64,000 nt of DNA from Octopus sinensis (GCF_006345805.1 NC_043009.1:1240001-1304000), one strand, 5' to 3'; positions 12,721-27,635 are shown, numbered from the stretch's first letter. Made by a program: numbers and translations. Notes: generated by a model not told the origin, from the letters alone.

Positions 12721-13388
12721 CCATATATATATAATGTGTGATGAAGAACACGGTCAATGCTAAAAGAGGAGAGATATAGTTGATTAAATAATACTAGTAC
12801 CATAAGTGGTGCTCATTTCATTAATACTATCATGATGAGACGAAACCAACTCTGTAGATATTGAAAGATATTTAATTGCCATCTGTAAGAATTCGCTTTT
12901 CTGCTCCTACCAAACTCACCTCACCTTTACAATTACAGATGATTCTAAAAGGAGTTTTTTTCTTTTTAATTTTTATTTCTCTTCTCATGTTTTCCATCAA
13001 TTTTATTAATGCCAACAAGGAAAGGACGGTTTCATCCAAATTTAGACATTTGCATAGTGTTAGAACAAGTTCCAATGAAGCATCTATCATCAGGCAAACA
13101 GAATTAATGTCTTGCTAAGCAGGGCATGATACAAAGACTTGCTTGTCACTATCAATCCCAGGTCGTTCTTGGTTGAACAGACCCATGATCAAAGGTTCAA
13201 TCATGGTCCCTCTGTCTTTCATTCAGACATAGTATACCTTATCCAATTAACCCCAAATGGTTTGTGATATGAGGGGGATTTAACTACAATTTCTTACAAG
13301 CCAAGCAATCACACAACCTTTTCCATTTGCTTGTTCACATATAGTTTTTATGCTGGAATGGTTTTGCTGGCTTTGCAATACAACAGAC

Positions 13389-13424
<36 letters not shown>

Positions 13425-13597
13425 TGTGAATAAATAAGAAATGTTACTCAAAAGAAGCTGTGCATTATGTACCAGTTCACCATAAATTGGTGCTGTCCTT
13501 GGGTACATGGTTTAGTTTGGCGTTTTTAACTGTGAATAACCTTCATATTACCAACAAGCACAAGCCATGCGACTTTTTCATAATAGAAGCATAAGAG

Positions 13598-13746
13598 TTC
13601 TGAGTTCAAATTCCGCCGAGGTCGACTTTGCCTTTCATCCTTTCGGGGTCAATAAATTAAGTACCAGTAATGCACTGGGGTTGATGTAATCGACTTAATC
13701 CCTTTGTCCCCTCTATGTTTAGCCCCTTGTGGGCAGTAAAGAAATA
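13598..13746 (+). mobile_element. 5'-truncated family B SINE with a 13-bp target-site duplication
   Basis: AGAAGCATAAGAG at 13585-13597 and 13747-13759 flanks the gaggtcgactttgcctttcatcctttcggggtc block. Confidence 0.88.
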
Positions 13747-15052
13747 AGAAGCATAAGAGGAATTATCTTAAAAGGCTACACTCAATGCTTATAGAAATGA
13801 ATAAAAAGAAACAAGAAAATTTGATGTATAAACCGAAAAAGATTCTTTCCTTGAATCTTTGATCAATAATCTTATGAAAGCCAGAAATATTAGGACAGAA
13901 ATTCAAAAGTGACATCGAACAACTTCAGTTGCAAAGTTAACCAGCAAACAAGCTATTCTTAAAAGGTATTAGTGAAAAAGGTATTACGCAAAATGTAATG
14001 AGAGAAAGACAAGGGAGGAAAAGCTATGTGATACAATGTGTGCAGTACATTGAAATTTCATTATTTGACCACAACAAAGAAAGATACAGACAATAGCAAA
14101 TGAGTAAACATATTTGCATTGAGCTTCTCTGTACAATGCCACCCTTGGATACAATTGAAAGAAGTGTAATGTAATACTGAGAGAAAATAAATCTTAACAG
14201 CCCCACTCTCTCACTGTTACTACATCATGTTGTGACCCACAACATACACACAACCTGCCAATGAATGCAATCGGAAACTCTGCAGTAACGAAGAAAAAGA
14301 AAAACCTGTTCAAATCTAAAGTAAACTTGATAGATTTATTGGTTTCTTTTTACTTGCTTTACATTAAAAATCCATTGGTAAACACGGAATTGCATAAATT
14401 AGAAGAGAAAACCAATTCCAGCTGTTACTACTGCTTATAACACTGATGATGGTGAAAGGTTTTTGAGCTGAGATGTGTCTGGTCTATCATCCAAATTTAG
14501 TGTAATGGCCTTGTAGTTGTGGTTAGCGTGTGATTGGTCAAAGCTTATTGATGGGTCAGCAGAATAAAAACCGAATCAGTAACACAAACCATGACTATTA
14601 ATGAGCTTTTACTTAGATACACATGCATGCACAGGATCTATGACCAAAGATATATAGAGACAATGTCATGAGAACCTTCTGGTTAAAAGATTGAATTCAA
14701 ACATTGATGCTTATGTCCTCACAATAGAACTGTTAGTCTTATCAAGATAATTGCTTTGAACTGTTTTAAACAAGTTTTTAGCAATAAGGACTATTTTAAA
14801 AGATACAAATATTACATTCTACCATTTTGAGATCATCATCAAACATCCATTTACTGACATTGCTAATTAATAATTACTGGAAAATCAATTTTGAAATCAA
14901 ACTTTGATATAGAAGTCTTTTTCTTGTCTTCTCTTTATAAAAGGACTGGCTATGTTCAAACAAGTATGTTTGTGCCCCCCTTCAGTTTAAGATTTCATGC
15001 AGCAGGGGTCTCTAAGTATCTCCATCCCTCAAGACTTTACTATCATATAGAC

Positions 15053-15305
15053 CAGTGGTTCTTAACCAGTGGCCATATCACCCTTGGGGGTCCATATGGA
15101 CTTTGGGGGTCTATAATGGACCTTGGGGCTTTATATGGCCTTGGTGGGGTCCATATATTTTGTTAAAATTTATCAGCAATGTTTTGTTTATACTTCAATA
15201 ATACACAAAATATTTTAATTACTTTTATACAATTCCTAACGATATTCAATTAGATGTTTTTAACAATGAATGGTTTGGAGGACCCATCTGAGTAAAATAG
15301 GAAAC
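15053..15305 (+). mobile_element. hAT/Charlie-like MITE, one end only
   Basis: Begins cagtggttcttaacc (cf. CAGTGGTTCTCAACC) with gggggtccat subterminal repeats. No right TIR was seen. Confidence 0.55.
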
Positions 15306-15840
15306 AACAGTCTATTAATATATCTTTTCTGGTTTAACGAGATTTTCAAACAATATACAGCATGAAACGGAAAATTCGTATTTTTTTTTTATATAATGCA
15401 GAATGAAAGCAAATAAAGAGTTGTCACAAGTCAATGAGGAACCACTATGTGGCTGTTCAACATGCTAGAAACAACAGCCAAATCACCCCTAAAATTATAC
15501 CATCCTAGCTTTAAAAAGAAGGTGTTAGATAATGTCTCCTGAAGTACACTTTATAGGTCACTGTTAGCAGCAGTAGCGCCACCACAGCCACTGCCACCAC
15601 CACCACCACCACCACCCCTGGGGCTTTGAGAACAAGTATTTAGCCAGGTCAGCATATTCTATCCAAACTAATCCAAATAAAATCTAAACAAAAAGTAAGA
15701 TTTTGAAGTTGTACTTGTCCGGAGATTGTGGTGTTGAAACTGAACCAATTGCACTGAGGAAGAGATGTGACATCCATTTAAAATACAAACAGATGCACAT
15801 AGCCATGGATAGCTGCGGGATTTAGTAATTCACTTCTTTC

Positions 15841-16234
15841 TTTCTTTTTTTAAAGATTTGTTTCAGTCATTTGACTGCAGCCATGCTGGGGCACTGCCTC
15901 AAAGGGTTTGAGTTGAATAAATCAGCCCCTGTACTTTTTTTAATGCCTAGTACTTATTGTATTGCTCTCTTTTGCCAAACTGTTAAGTTATGGGGGACAT
16001 AAACACACCAACACCAGTTGTCAGGCAGTGGTGGGGGACAAACAGACAGACACAAAGACACACACACACACACAATGGGCTTCTTTCAATTTCTGTTAAC
16101 CAAATCCACTCATAAGGCTTTGGTCGGCCTGAAGCTATAGTAGAAGACACTTACCCAAGGTGCCATGCAGTGGGACTGAGCCAGGAGCAATGTGGTTGGG
16201 AAGCAGGCTTCTTACCACTCAGCCAGGCCTGCAC

Positions 16235-16237
<3 letters not shown>
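15841..16237 (-). mobile_element. SINE family A, full length
   Basis: Colinear with the other copies; the head ends in cctgcacctat. Confidence 0.85.
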
Positions 16238-16271
<34 letters not shown>

Positions 16272-16273
<2 letters not shown>

Positions 16274-16503
16274 GTGTTCAAAAAGTCTCTCTCCAGTAAG
16301 TATTTAATGGATTTTGGGTGATTCTTGTACACTGATCCTTTACTTGCTCCCAAGACAAAAAAAGTCTGGTGGTGTTAAACCAGGTGATCTTGGTGGCCAA
16401 AGTCCCTTCGAAATAATCAGTTCACTGCAAATCTCTTGAAGTAGCGACATGGTGATGCACAGGATGAAAAAAAAATCTGCTGCAGAGAAACTTCTTGAAC
16501 ATC

Positions 16504-16508
<5 letters not shown>
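16272..16508 (-). mobile_element. Tc1/mariner deletion derivative retaining a transposase motif
   Basis: TIRs ggtgttcaaaaagtctctct / agagaaacttcttgaacatcc. Minus translation WPPRSPGLTPPDFF matches the WPPRSPDLxPxDFF catalytic-region motif. Confidence 0.85.
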
Positions 16509-16556
<48 letters not shown>

Positions 16557-16781
16557 TACATACGTGTGTTCTGTTTGGCATATAAAAAGCACCCAGTAAA
16601 CTCTGTAAAGTAGTTGGCATTAGGAAGGGCTTCCAGCTGTAGAAATCATGCCAAAACCGTCGCTGGAGTTCAATGTAGCCCTGTGGCTTGCTGGAATCTG
16701 TCAAGCCATCCAATCCATGCAAGTATTGAAAATGGACATTAAATGATGATGATGCTATATCTATCTATGTGTGTGTGTGTG

Positions 16782-16849
<68 letters not shown>

Positions 16850-17544
16850 ATCATTCAGCTGAAAAATATTCCAAGACCAGGCCACTACCAAGATGGAATT
16901 GAACACATAAACAATACTTTTCACTGCTTCTGCAACTTTTTTTTATTCCTATTAATCTTGTATTTTTTGTTATCATTTTTATCTATTTTTGTATTTTGAT
17001 GAATGTAAACTGAGGAGGAGCAGTGAAAGAGTGGAGGAGAGAGAGAGAGAGATAGGAGGAGGAAGAAGGGAAGAGAAAAAATGAAAGAGGGGGAGAATGG
17101 GATGGTAGAATGGAAAGTGTAAAAGGTTAGGGGAAGGAGAGAGGGAGAGATTAATTTCATATTTGAATAAAAGCTGGAGGACACAGACATTGAATGGAGA
17201 GAAAAGTAAATTAAAAATTGAAAACACACACACCCCATTGCAATTAGTCATGGTGTACATTATGGATGGCTACCAACGAGTGAGGTGTGTCAGGTTTATT
17301 TTCGTTAAGATTAACCTATTACTCTGTTAGTGTAATATGCAATCTTAACCAACCTCCTTTTTAGCTGACCCCTCACTCTCAAGCTGTAAGTCGTGTCAAC
17401 ATCCTGGTAAATGGGTGTTGGTTGTAGTTAAGAGGACGAGTAAAAGGTTAACAAAAGAAAAAGGACAATGTCATTCAGCCTGTCCAGATTCTGCAAAACC
17501 TTCATATTGCATTTCTCACAAAATACTACATGAAACTACAACTA

Positions 17545-17885
17545 CATCATCATCATCATCATTTAACGTCTGTTGTTGATGCTAGTATGGGTTGGATGGT
17601 TCGACTGGGCTGGCACACTGGAAGGCTGCACTAGACTCCAGTCTGATTTGGCATGGTTTTCTCCAGCTGGATGCCCTTCCCAATGCCAACCACTCCGAGA
17701 GGGTAATGGGTGCTTTTATGTACAACTGGTGCATGTGCCATTTGTGTGACACTGATGTGCATTTATGTGCCACTGGCATGGGTGCGTTTACATGCCACCA
17801 GCATTGGTGCCATCTGCGTGACACCGGGGTGCATTTATATGCACGGGTGCCAACTTGCGTCCCCATCCCACTCCGGCACCGTGAC
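17545..17885 (-). mobile_element. Family C / RTE-tail element; other copies at ~2325-2520 (-), 16565-16755 (+), 48345-48498 (+) and 56390-56750 (-)
   Basis: (CAT)n-ttaacgtc...gctggatgcccttcc.aatgccaaccactc motif shared by all copies. Confidence 0.85.
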
Positions 17886-17902
17886 ATATTGTTACTACTT
17901 AT

Positions 17903-18207
17903 TTTATCTTTTACTTGTTTGTCATTAGAATATGGCCAGGCTGTGGCACCACCTTAAAGGGTTTAAGTCTTGTACTTATTCTGTCTCTTTTGTTGAACTA
18001 ATAAGTTATTGTTTGTCAAGTGGTGGTGGGGAAACAAAACACAGACACACACAAGGGCTTCTATACAGTTTCTATCTACCAAATTCACTCACAAGACATT
18101 GGTTAGCCTGGGGGTATAGTAGAAGATACTTGCCCAGAGTTCTGCACAGTGGGACTGAACTCAAAACCATGTGGTTGCAAAGTGAGCTTCTTTAACCACA
18201 CAACCAC
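17903..18207 (-). mobile_element. SINE family A, internally deleted
   Basis: Head and tail present, middle shortened. Confidence 0.75.
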
Positions 18208-21200
18208 CACGTTTGATCTGTCTTCAGGTCTACATGCATCAGAGAAATCTATGAAAAGAAGGACTGCAACCTTATCATCACCATCCACCAAAACAACTAC
18301 CTTCACAGCTACTAAATAATGAGCAGTCGGCAGAAGCACGGGGCTATATTTTGTGCGGTCAGAGGTGAGGGGGGGGGGAGAGCAAGGATTATAATAGATT
18401 TAACTGATCCCAGCACTTCATTAGTACTTTATTTTACCCACCCTTGTGAGATGAAAAACAAAGTTGAACTTAGAACCTAACTCTCAGATGTTAACAAATA
18501 CTCTAAGGTAATTTTGCCAGTGATTCTACCGGTTCTGCTACAATAACTACCATAACCACCAGTATTAGTACTACCTTCCATACTACCACCACTGCCACTA
18601 CTACTACTACCATCACTACCACACTAAACATATAACAATAATAATAATAATTAAGTATTGTGTGGCCTGAGGCCACATATTTCAGGGGGAAGATGGTAGT
18701 AATTTTAAAAGGCCCTAGTATCTCAGTGTTGCTTATTATTATCAACCTCAGTCATAGCAGGATTAGAAAAAAAAAAAAAGGGAAAAAAGAAATGGCATGT
18801 TAACTAAATAGGGCAAGGCATTTTGTCCCCTACCCTATTTATTTTGTCACACTACACTACTACTACTACTACTAAAATATACTACTGCAATAGTTTCTTG
18901 CATTAGTAAACAGTTTTGTAGAAAAGGGGTACAGTCAATTATCTCTTCATACCAACCTACCTGAAACCATCAAAATACTTAACCTCTTCTTATCTATATG
19001 AAAATCTTAATCACAACCCAAACTTGATAACGAAATGGTAACAGGTTTTGATTAGTCAATATTAATAATACATAAAATTACAGATATTTCAGTAAACCAC
19101 TCCAAAATCTTGATTATATTAAAAATTAATTAAACACATATTTCAGTCTATTCATTAGAGAAATACCACCATGAAAGGGTTCAAATGATTAAATTGATCT
19201 CAGTACTAGATTGTATTTATTTTATATCACCTTTGGGCAGAGATGAAAGACAAAGCCAATACCAGAGGGATAAGAATATTAATTTCATGAATAGCCACTC
19301 AGCTTTAGATTTATAGGGACAAAGCCCCTATCCACTTCTGGAATGTTTAATCAGTCAACCAAAAAAACAGAACATGGAAGTTGAAATTCATGACAATACT
19401 ACTACATATAAGATTGCAATTTCAAACGACAAGAAAACATTTAATCACACACACAACACAAAAATGACAGACGTGGACTAAATACATTTATTACTGTTCT
19501 TATTAAAATTCCTTCTGCTGCTAATAAAATACTCTCTGGTATTTCTGGCAGCACAAAGACATTTTTTTGTGGTTATTATGATGATAATAGACAAGGTGTT
19601 TCATTGGTAAATATATCTATTAAGCAGTTTGAATGAGACAAGAAGTTTAAAGGGAAAAGAGAGAACTTCTGAAGCATTTGGAATATTCTGAATAGCTTGG
19701 AGAGGAATGGAGGGAGGAGAGCACCAACAAAAGCCAACAGGAAGCTCCATTTGATGGTCCTGCATTCTATAAGTAGATTTCTGGGGAATTGAGGGAGAGG
19801 ATTCTGTAAATCCTCAAATCTGGAAGTGGTATTTGTTGGAGGGAAGAAAACAATGAAATTTTAAAATAGAGAGAGAGAGAGAGACAAAGAGAGAGAGAGA
19901 AATTAGAGAATATAAGAGAAAAAACAATATGGTGCACAAATGACGAAGGAAACAGTTTGAAATATTTCCTATAAAATGCCAGCATGGAAAATGGACATTA
20001 AATGATGATGAATATAAAACCCAGATATTTAGAGACACATTCAGCCTATCTATATTATAGAAGCTGAGAGAAAACTGGATACAAGAGGATCTAGTGTAAG
20101 AGAGGACAGCTAGATAAAAGACTAAGTGATCCAAATGGAAGAAAACTATGAGAAAGGAAGTCCGAGGAAGACAATTGGAAACAAGGCTGAAAAGTAATTC
20201 GAGCAGTCTGAATTTTGTTATGGGGATAATAATAATAATAATAATAATAATGGAACACCCCACCCACATGATGAGTGGTATGTGCTAGTCATTACAAACA
20301 CTGTAACATAGGGTTGAGAGGGGAGTAGTTGGTTAGGTAGTTGTGTCTTACTTGTCTAACTAACTATACTGCTATATGGAAGTGGACATTATAAGAGTCC
20401 AACATTGGATGGCAACAGATTACAACAAATTTCTTGAAGTAGAAGACAAAGGAATGCTGTGATAGAGAAGACCTGTTCAACTCAAGCAATTTATTGAAAA
20501 ATAAAATGGAAAATAATTAGGGTTTGGGGGATTTATCATAATTATTTTTGTCTTGATACACAAAACATGACATTCTATTAACAATCTACAACAAAATTCT
20601 TATATATATCCATTCAACTTGCTCTGAGCAAATATGCGTAGTAGGTACAATTCTCCATTGCATGAAGGCAGACAAAGCGGAACTTGTTTGCCTAAACTGA
20701 TTTGCCCCTAGATAAATTACATGAAGTTGAAAACTGATTCAAATAAAGCTCTTGTCACTCAATAATTTATAGAACTGGCATAAATAACATTACATGATTA
20801 AAAAAAAGAGAAAAGATTGACATATAATACAGCACCTCTCTTGACCACATATCTAATCAAATACACTGCCTCTGTGTTTATTAATCTCAAAACTAATCAA
20901 ATGGTTTGCACATAAATAGAAGGCATACTTAATGCATTTCAATGTTTACATCTACACTATGTTTGGATTGGTCTGAACTCTGATCATTGTTAGGTGCCTT
21001 ACTCCTGAAGGTACCAGGGTGCTGGCAAGGGGAGGTCTAAAGAACTTTACTGTTGCTCTTTTCATAGAATAATTTTTGTCATAATCACAAAATCTCTGAC
21101 TGAAGGTGAAGTGGGAGTTGTGACATTAATGAGATAGCAAACTGCTGTAACCAAAGAGGCAGCAACTAAATTCGCTGACAATGACATCATGATAGACATG

Positions 21201-21255
21201 ACCCACTTTTTATCAGAAAATAGAGTAACCACACGATTCAACACTTATGTGGTAA

Positions 21256-21477
21256 CCCTTTTGTTGCCATATTTCTGTTGAGATGCTCAGGGTTTCTTTC
21301 AATTAATTTTAAATATAACAAAGAATTTAATAAAATAACTTAGTTATAATTAAGCTAGTGTTAGGAACATAAATTGTGACTAAGGTTTGGTGGAAGATTT
21401 TAATTCAGAACTTTTGAAAGCAAGACATTTGTACTACAGAGCCAGAGGCGGTTTCAGTCGGGTTGGCATCAAAGGGG
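21256..21477. mobile_element. Second piggyBac-like MITE family
   Basis: GTAA|cccttttgttgcca ... tggcatcaaagggg|TTAA. Confidence 0.65.
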
Positions 21478-21610
21478 TTAATTGTATTTAGTTTATTGAC
21501 TGACAGAGAACGAATTAAAAATAAAATCAAACTTATCAGATCATTAAGGTCATTAAGTAACACAAGACACTATCTATCTTTCCACTTCATGCCTTAGGCA
21601 ACACATTAAG

Positions 21611-21649
<39 letters not shown>

Positions 21650-21679
21650 CGCATGCTGCCTAGTCAATGGCTGTGATTC

Positions 21680-22030
21680 ACACTTAGTTCCATGTTCCCC
21701 ATCCACTTCATCGCGTTTTCAACAACCCTTCTCCAGCTGTTCTTGGGTCTTCTGCCCTTTCTTCTTCTATTGGAGGCCCATGTCATGGATGTCATACAGT
21801 TGTCATTGGGATCCTTCCTCAGAATCTAGCCAATGTAATTCCACCTCCTTCTCTGTACTTCACTGCTCATGCTCCCCATCTCACATCTCTCGAGCACAGC
21901 CTTGCTCTTTGTGTGATCTTGCCACTCTGTCTTAATCACCTGCCTCAGACATCTGGCCTGGAAGACACCTAGCTTTTTATTGAAAATGATAGTAATATAA
22001 ACAGCCCCTCTTTTTACAAGATGGAGCAAC
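21680..22030 (-). mobile_element. RTE-clade LINE RT C-terminal fragment (pseudogenised)
   Basis: FQARCLRQVIKTEWQDH...RRRWNYIG*ILRK...TW...KGRRPKNSWRR matches the RTE CLRRI..I.W.D...RRW.WIGH.LR...GRP..TW.R pattern. Confidence 0.8.
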
Positions 22031-24184
22031 AAGATAATTCAAAGTGTGTGTTAATTGTATTTTATTGACAGAGAATGAATTAAAAGCAAAAGCAGACTCA
22101 ACAAGATTGTTGAGTAACATTACAAGAAACTACGCATCATTTAAAGCAGTCCTCTACCATTTGCAGTAAATCTATTCCTAAGCTTTCTTCTATACTATAC
22201 CAGCTTCACAACTTTTAATATTTCTCTCATTTTATAGAAGAGAAGTATAGTTATTTGCAGTGATTCCTGTCATATTTGAAGCAGTTCTCTAAAAAAAAAA
22301 AATTTTTTTTTAAAATTAAATTTGGAAGACTTGAAGGTCGTGTGAATTTCTGGTTGATTTATATACAGAACAGTGGGAGTAGCACTGAAGATTTCAAATA
22401 GTACAAAACAACCTGTTCAATCATCCCCTACTGCACTTAGTAACAGAAATAAATCGGTGAATATTTAGTTCAAATACCACATAAATAAATAAATAAACAC
22501 AGAAAATAGTAATAAAAGGAAAAAATGTCAGCAACTCAATGAGTAACATGCAGGACTCTACTCCTGGTGGAAGTACTTTTAATTTCAAGTAGGTTTTGAT
22601 GAAGTAATTCACACTCCCACCATCTTTGAATAGGAAGTAACAAGTGAGGAAAAAGGTCTAAATAACAACATGACCATCCTATTAAGATCAATTGTCCAAC
22701 ATTTGATACCTCTATTTTAAAGTCAACGTCTGACACAATATTTGGTAAAAATTCCAACAGTGGATCACAGAAGGAAATAATATGAGTAACAATAACAAAA
22801 ACAACTATTTTCAAGTATTTTCTAAAGTCAGTAACTAACCATAACTATATAGCGACTGTTTGAAGGATGCTGAGAGCTATTGTCTAGTTGGTACTTAAGT
22901 GATTAGTATTATATTGGCACTGTAGCAAAAGTGGAGACTTTAGGGGCTACAGGGAAATTAAATGTAAAGCTAAGAGGAAAGTTGGTTTGAACCCCCATCA
23001 GACTTTGTGTCAGCGGTCAATATATTCAGTGCAGAGTTCTAATTCCTCTGTTGAGTGTCTCCTGGAGATGAGACATGCTCTGCCAAGCTGAATTGTTCTA
23101 TATACACAAATTGAAAGACAATGTCTTTTTTTATACTTATTGGATGAAGAGACTCACAAGCACCAAATTCCCTGGAGAGTTGGGTTAATACTGAAGATCT
23201 ATTTCATCTTTATGTTATAATTTAATCATCAATAGTCTACAGTGGTTTCCTGTTGCTGTTTTAAGCATACACACATTTTTCATGGTAAGTGGTTGATAAT
23301 TAAATCTCTGTCTTGTCAGTCTAAAACAACTGGCACCATGCAGTTGATTTAGTACCTATTACCAGCAGCTGGAGTGAACTGAGGTGAATAAACTGTTCTT
23401 TTTAGAAACAGAACGAAATAGCAGGCAGCAGCAGATATGAATATGTGGTTCTCTCTATCCTGAGATCTAACAGAACCTAAAATGGCTATGAGAGCTATTA
23501 TATCACAGACTAGCAAATCATAAGTAGAAATCACCCTTGTTTCAAAACAATGAAGTCAATTGTCCAAGATTTTATATTTCTAAGGTCAACAACTGAAAAG
23601 GCTTTTTAAATTCTCAAGTGATGAAATAATGTAATTTGTGTCAATCCCAATAAAGTGGACTAACTTAAAATCTGTATCTCAACTTATTCAAAATCAAATT
23701 TAATAATCAAATATTTGAAGATTTATGTATTTAAAGTACATCAACACACATAAAGTCAATGCTTGAAGAATTTAATAAGGTCCCATTATCAATTTATCAA
23801 AACAATCATTGAAGTTTTAGGTCTAATAAAACAAACTGTTTTTTTTTTGTCTTTTCTTTCTAGCTTATTGAGAGGTGAAAAGGCAGCACTACAACTTTTG
23901 AGGCACTTTGAAGGCAAGGGAGAAAAACCCACATTTTATGGCCTTCTATGCAGGGAAGTAATGTATCAAAGATATCAAGTTGAATCCAGATCAGAGACAT
24001 TGCCCTAAAGGTTCCAACAGAATAGAATCTGTTAAAGATACTCATGGGTCTGGGATGTGGTTGTGTTTGAAAGTTGTAAAATTCATATATGCATCTTTAA
24101 TATAATTACAAATGCATTTTTGAAAACAAGCACAACATTCAATTGGGGCCAGTACCACCATTTTCTTTTACAAAATGGTTCACT

Positions 24185-24506
24185 CCTAACCATGTGGCAC
24201 CTTGGGCAAATGTCACCCAAAACCTTGTTAGTGAATCTGAAAGATGAAAACTGAAAGAAGCCCATCATGTGTGCATGCCCTTGTCAAGACATCATGTAAT
24301 GGTTGTAAATGAGTATCACCATCAGACAAGAGAAGTTCATCTCCAGTCTTCCATGTAAAATATGTCTAGATATGGGGGAAATATTATGTTGCTTAGAAAC
24401 AGGTGAGGTTGGCAGCAAGAACAGCATCAAGCTATAGAAAATCTGCCTCAACAAATTCTGTCCGACCCATGCAAGCATGGGAAAGTGGATGCTAAATGAT
24501 GATGAC
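24185..24506 (+). mobile_element. Hybrid SINE (family D): family A head/core with an RTE-type tail ending in (GAT)n
   Basis: The family A central block is followed by a different body and ends ccatgcaagcatgggaaagtggatgctaaatgatgatga. Confidence 0.75.
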
Positions 24507-25576
24507 ATAAAATGATTGAGTGAGTAAAGAATGAGACAAGCAAGATGTGGATATCAATTGGTTCACTTTTGCAGAAGGCATTTCCATTACCTCTCTAGAC
24601 TTAATGCTTCAATCACTTCACTACACCAAAGAGAGGTAGCACAGGTGCAAAACTATTCTCAAAGTTGCCTCTGATGATAGATCAACAATCTATTTATAAA
24701 ATATGTCTCATCTAGTTGGGAGATAGTTAGGAGATATGTAAGAAACTTATGGCACTCCAAGGAATTGTGCAATATTTTATTTTAAAATATGGAATAAATG
24801 GTTTTGCACTTTTAAATGCTTTATGGAATACTATTCCCATATCAAGACAACGAAAGGACTTCTACAGGCTTGCTTAAACTGCTAGAAATGGTAGTCAAAA
24901 TTCACTCAACAATTCTCACCCTTCTGCCTCAAAAGTGAAAGAAATAATGAGTAATGTAGTCCAAATTGTACAAGATGGGATAGTCACAGCCAAAACACCC
25001 TTGATCTGCTTGATTTGAGTTTAGATCTGGGACACTCCTGCAGCTGAAAGCCAAATAATTTTCCTGGCCATTAAAACTTTCAAGCTTTAAGCTACTATTC
25101 TGTGATCACACAAAGCCTCTGCTTGTTATTGTAGTATACTCTATTTTAGAAGTTACTAGCTACACCACAACTTTATTATCTTTATTTTGCCCATCCCTGT
25201 GACTCCCTAAAAACATTGCACAAAAATTCTATATGCAATTGAGAGGACCATCACACAACAAAACACCCATTCTCCTGTGGGCTGTAACCAATAACAGAAA
25301 CTTTTCAATGAAAAAAAGCAAGTCCTAAGTCCTTTTACTCAAATAGCTCCTTTTCTCAAACTGTTGCTCTCTGGAACTCACTACCAATGCCTCGTTTTCC
25401 TCAGGGCCTTTCTCTCAATTGCCATCTTTTGAATTTATAGGCCCCACTTCTCTTCTTCCTTTGTAGTCATGTATGCTACAGTAGCCTCAAGCCTTGTTTA
25501 GGGATGAAACCATATATCAAAAAAAAATAAACAAAACGTATTAAATGACACTTATCTTACTCATGTCACCAGGGAG

Positions 25577-25578
<2 letters not shown>

Positions 25579-25653
<75 letters not shown>
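25579..25653 (+). repeat. (GA)n microsatellite; similar tracts at ~16786-16846, 38806-38838 and 13389-13420 (as TC)
   Basis: Direct read. Confidence 0.95.
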
Positions 25654-26482
25654 CAAGTATGTACCGATACAGAATAGGGAATGCTATCCAGCAGTGGAGG
25701 GGCAAACGCTCTTCAGATGCCAGGTATCGGAAGCTAGATACATGGGTAGAGAAACTGCTATGCATGGGCTCTATGGAATGTTCTTTTTATTGAAATGAAA
25801 TGCATGTTACAAACAGAAATACTAGGAAGTGGTCTCTTTTATTCTTCAGTTCTATTTTCAATTCTATCAATCTAAAGTGGACAGAATCAACATAATTTAA
25901 GACATTGTAGCATAGGTGATAAACTGTTAACAAACCAAGCTTGTAAATTGGTTTTGATTCCTGGCTTCAGATACTTTGCTTAATCTGTTAATATCAAAGA
26001 GAAAGGCATGAGCATCATATTTCTTTTTTTATTTACTCCCATCGTGCCATGTCAAATCAACCAAAATTTAGGAAATTGATTATTTATTGCACACAAACTG
26101 CAGAGACTGCTGTTTACTGCACACAAACGGCCAAGACTGCTATGCACAGGCTGGATACCTCTTTACAGCACTGAACTATGAAATGATTATGATGCATATT
26201 GGCTGCTGATGGAAGATATAATAGTATCAGTGCTTTTCTGTGGTTACATAATGCAGAGTTTGAACTCATGTTCTTGGCTATAGTGAGAGTAACCTCAGTA
26301 AGTAGGCCTCTATTATCAACACAACCACCATTCTCCAGTTGCTTATAATTAGAATTATTATTAATTTCTTATAAATGCATTAATTCTTTATTCACACGAA
26401 ACAACCATTCAGTTAATATTGATCTATATCAATATTAACAGATTGTTGAATGGAAGGATAACAGTTAATATCCACACACACA

Positions 26483-26704
26483 CGAGGGGGTGCTGAAAAG
26501 TTGCTGGCTTTAAGGGTAAAAGAAAATAGAGGGGGATCAGTTAATTATGATTTTATTCAACATATTCCCCTCCCCTCAGATTTGCACACTTATTGTGGCA
26601 GTCCTTCAGCTTTTCCAAGCGCTGTAAAAGAACTGGGAAGGTTGGGTCTCCAGCCAGCCCTTTCAAAATATCCTTAAAGCCAGGAACATTTCAGGACCCC
26701 TTTG
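26483..26704 (-). mobile_element. Mariner-derived MITE carrying the transposase C-terminus
   Basis: TIRs gagggggtgctgaaaagttgctggcttt / aaagccaggaacatttcaggacccc. Same family as 63339-63556, opposite orientation. Confidence 0.85.
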
Positions 26705-27635
26705 AATATAAACACACATACACACAATCATTTTAACATCCACTTTTCCATACTTGTATGAGATTTCATTGATGCAAGTTTTCTACAGCCAGGTACCCTT
26801 CCTGTTGCCAACCCTGATCAGTTTCAAAGCAAGGTAATATTTCCCAGTGGGTGCACAGAAGATTGGAAATGAAATACACTCCCTGTGTGATAGTGACACT
26901 CATTTACACCAGTCATATGCTGCCAAGACAAGGAGACATCAACTTACAAACAACTACATGGTCAAGAAGCAACAAACCTCTCAACCACACAGCCACAAGA
27001 CAGTGGCAGGAGCCCTAAATGAACAAGTGCGTGCATGTGTGTCTGTCTGTGTATAAACTGATACAAGCCCTCCCTCAGATCTATGAGGGAGATAAAAATG
27101 GGACAGTACTACACTCATGTCCATACCAATGTGAGTATTGTGAATTAGAGGAAGAAGCTACAGTTGAGAATTAAAATGGACCCACTGACTTCATCAGGAA
27201 TTCTCCTTCACAACTTATCTAAGAGACAAAAACAAATGCACAAGCCAACTTTTGAGACTATATATATGGTAGCCTGACCTACTAGAAATAACAGCTAACT
27301 CTTCCCTAAATCACACTACCATATCAAACAAAATGACATCAGTTGATGTAGTCACAAATACACTCAGAATAAAGTATGAGATGATCACATCTGGAAAAAT
27401 CTTTATAGAATAGGATTGCTCAATCAGAATTGCTATAAGAACAAACAACAAAGTGAAAAAACCAACAGCAAACAACATTATTATCATTATGATTATTATG
27501 ATTATTATGGACTCAAATCACATAGGGAATATGAAGTTGTTAGTATCTGTTACCTTGATTAAAAGTTTCAATCAAGATGGAAGCAATATTGTACCACTTA
27601 TTCCCCACATGAGATCATCCCAAGCAGTTCTTTCA

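Noticed and set aside
19814-20269. 151-aa minus-strand ORF, the longest in the track
   Set aside because: It crosses a (TAA)n tract, a family C tail and a (GA)n tract; low-complexity composite.
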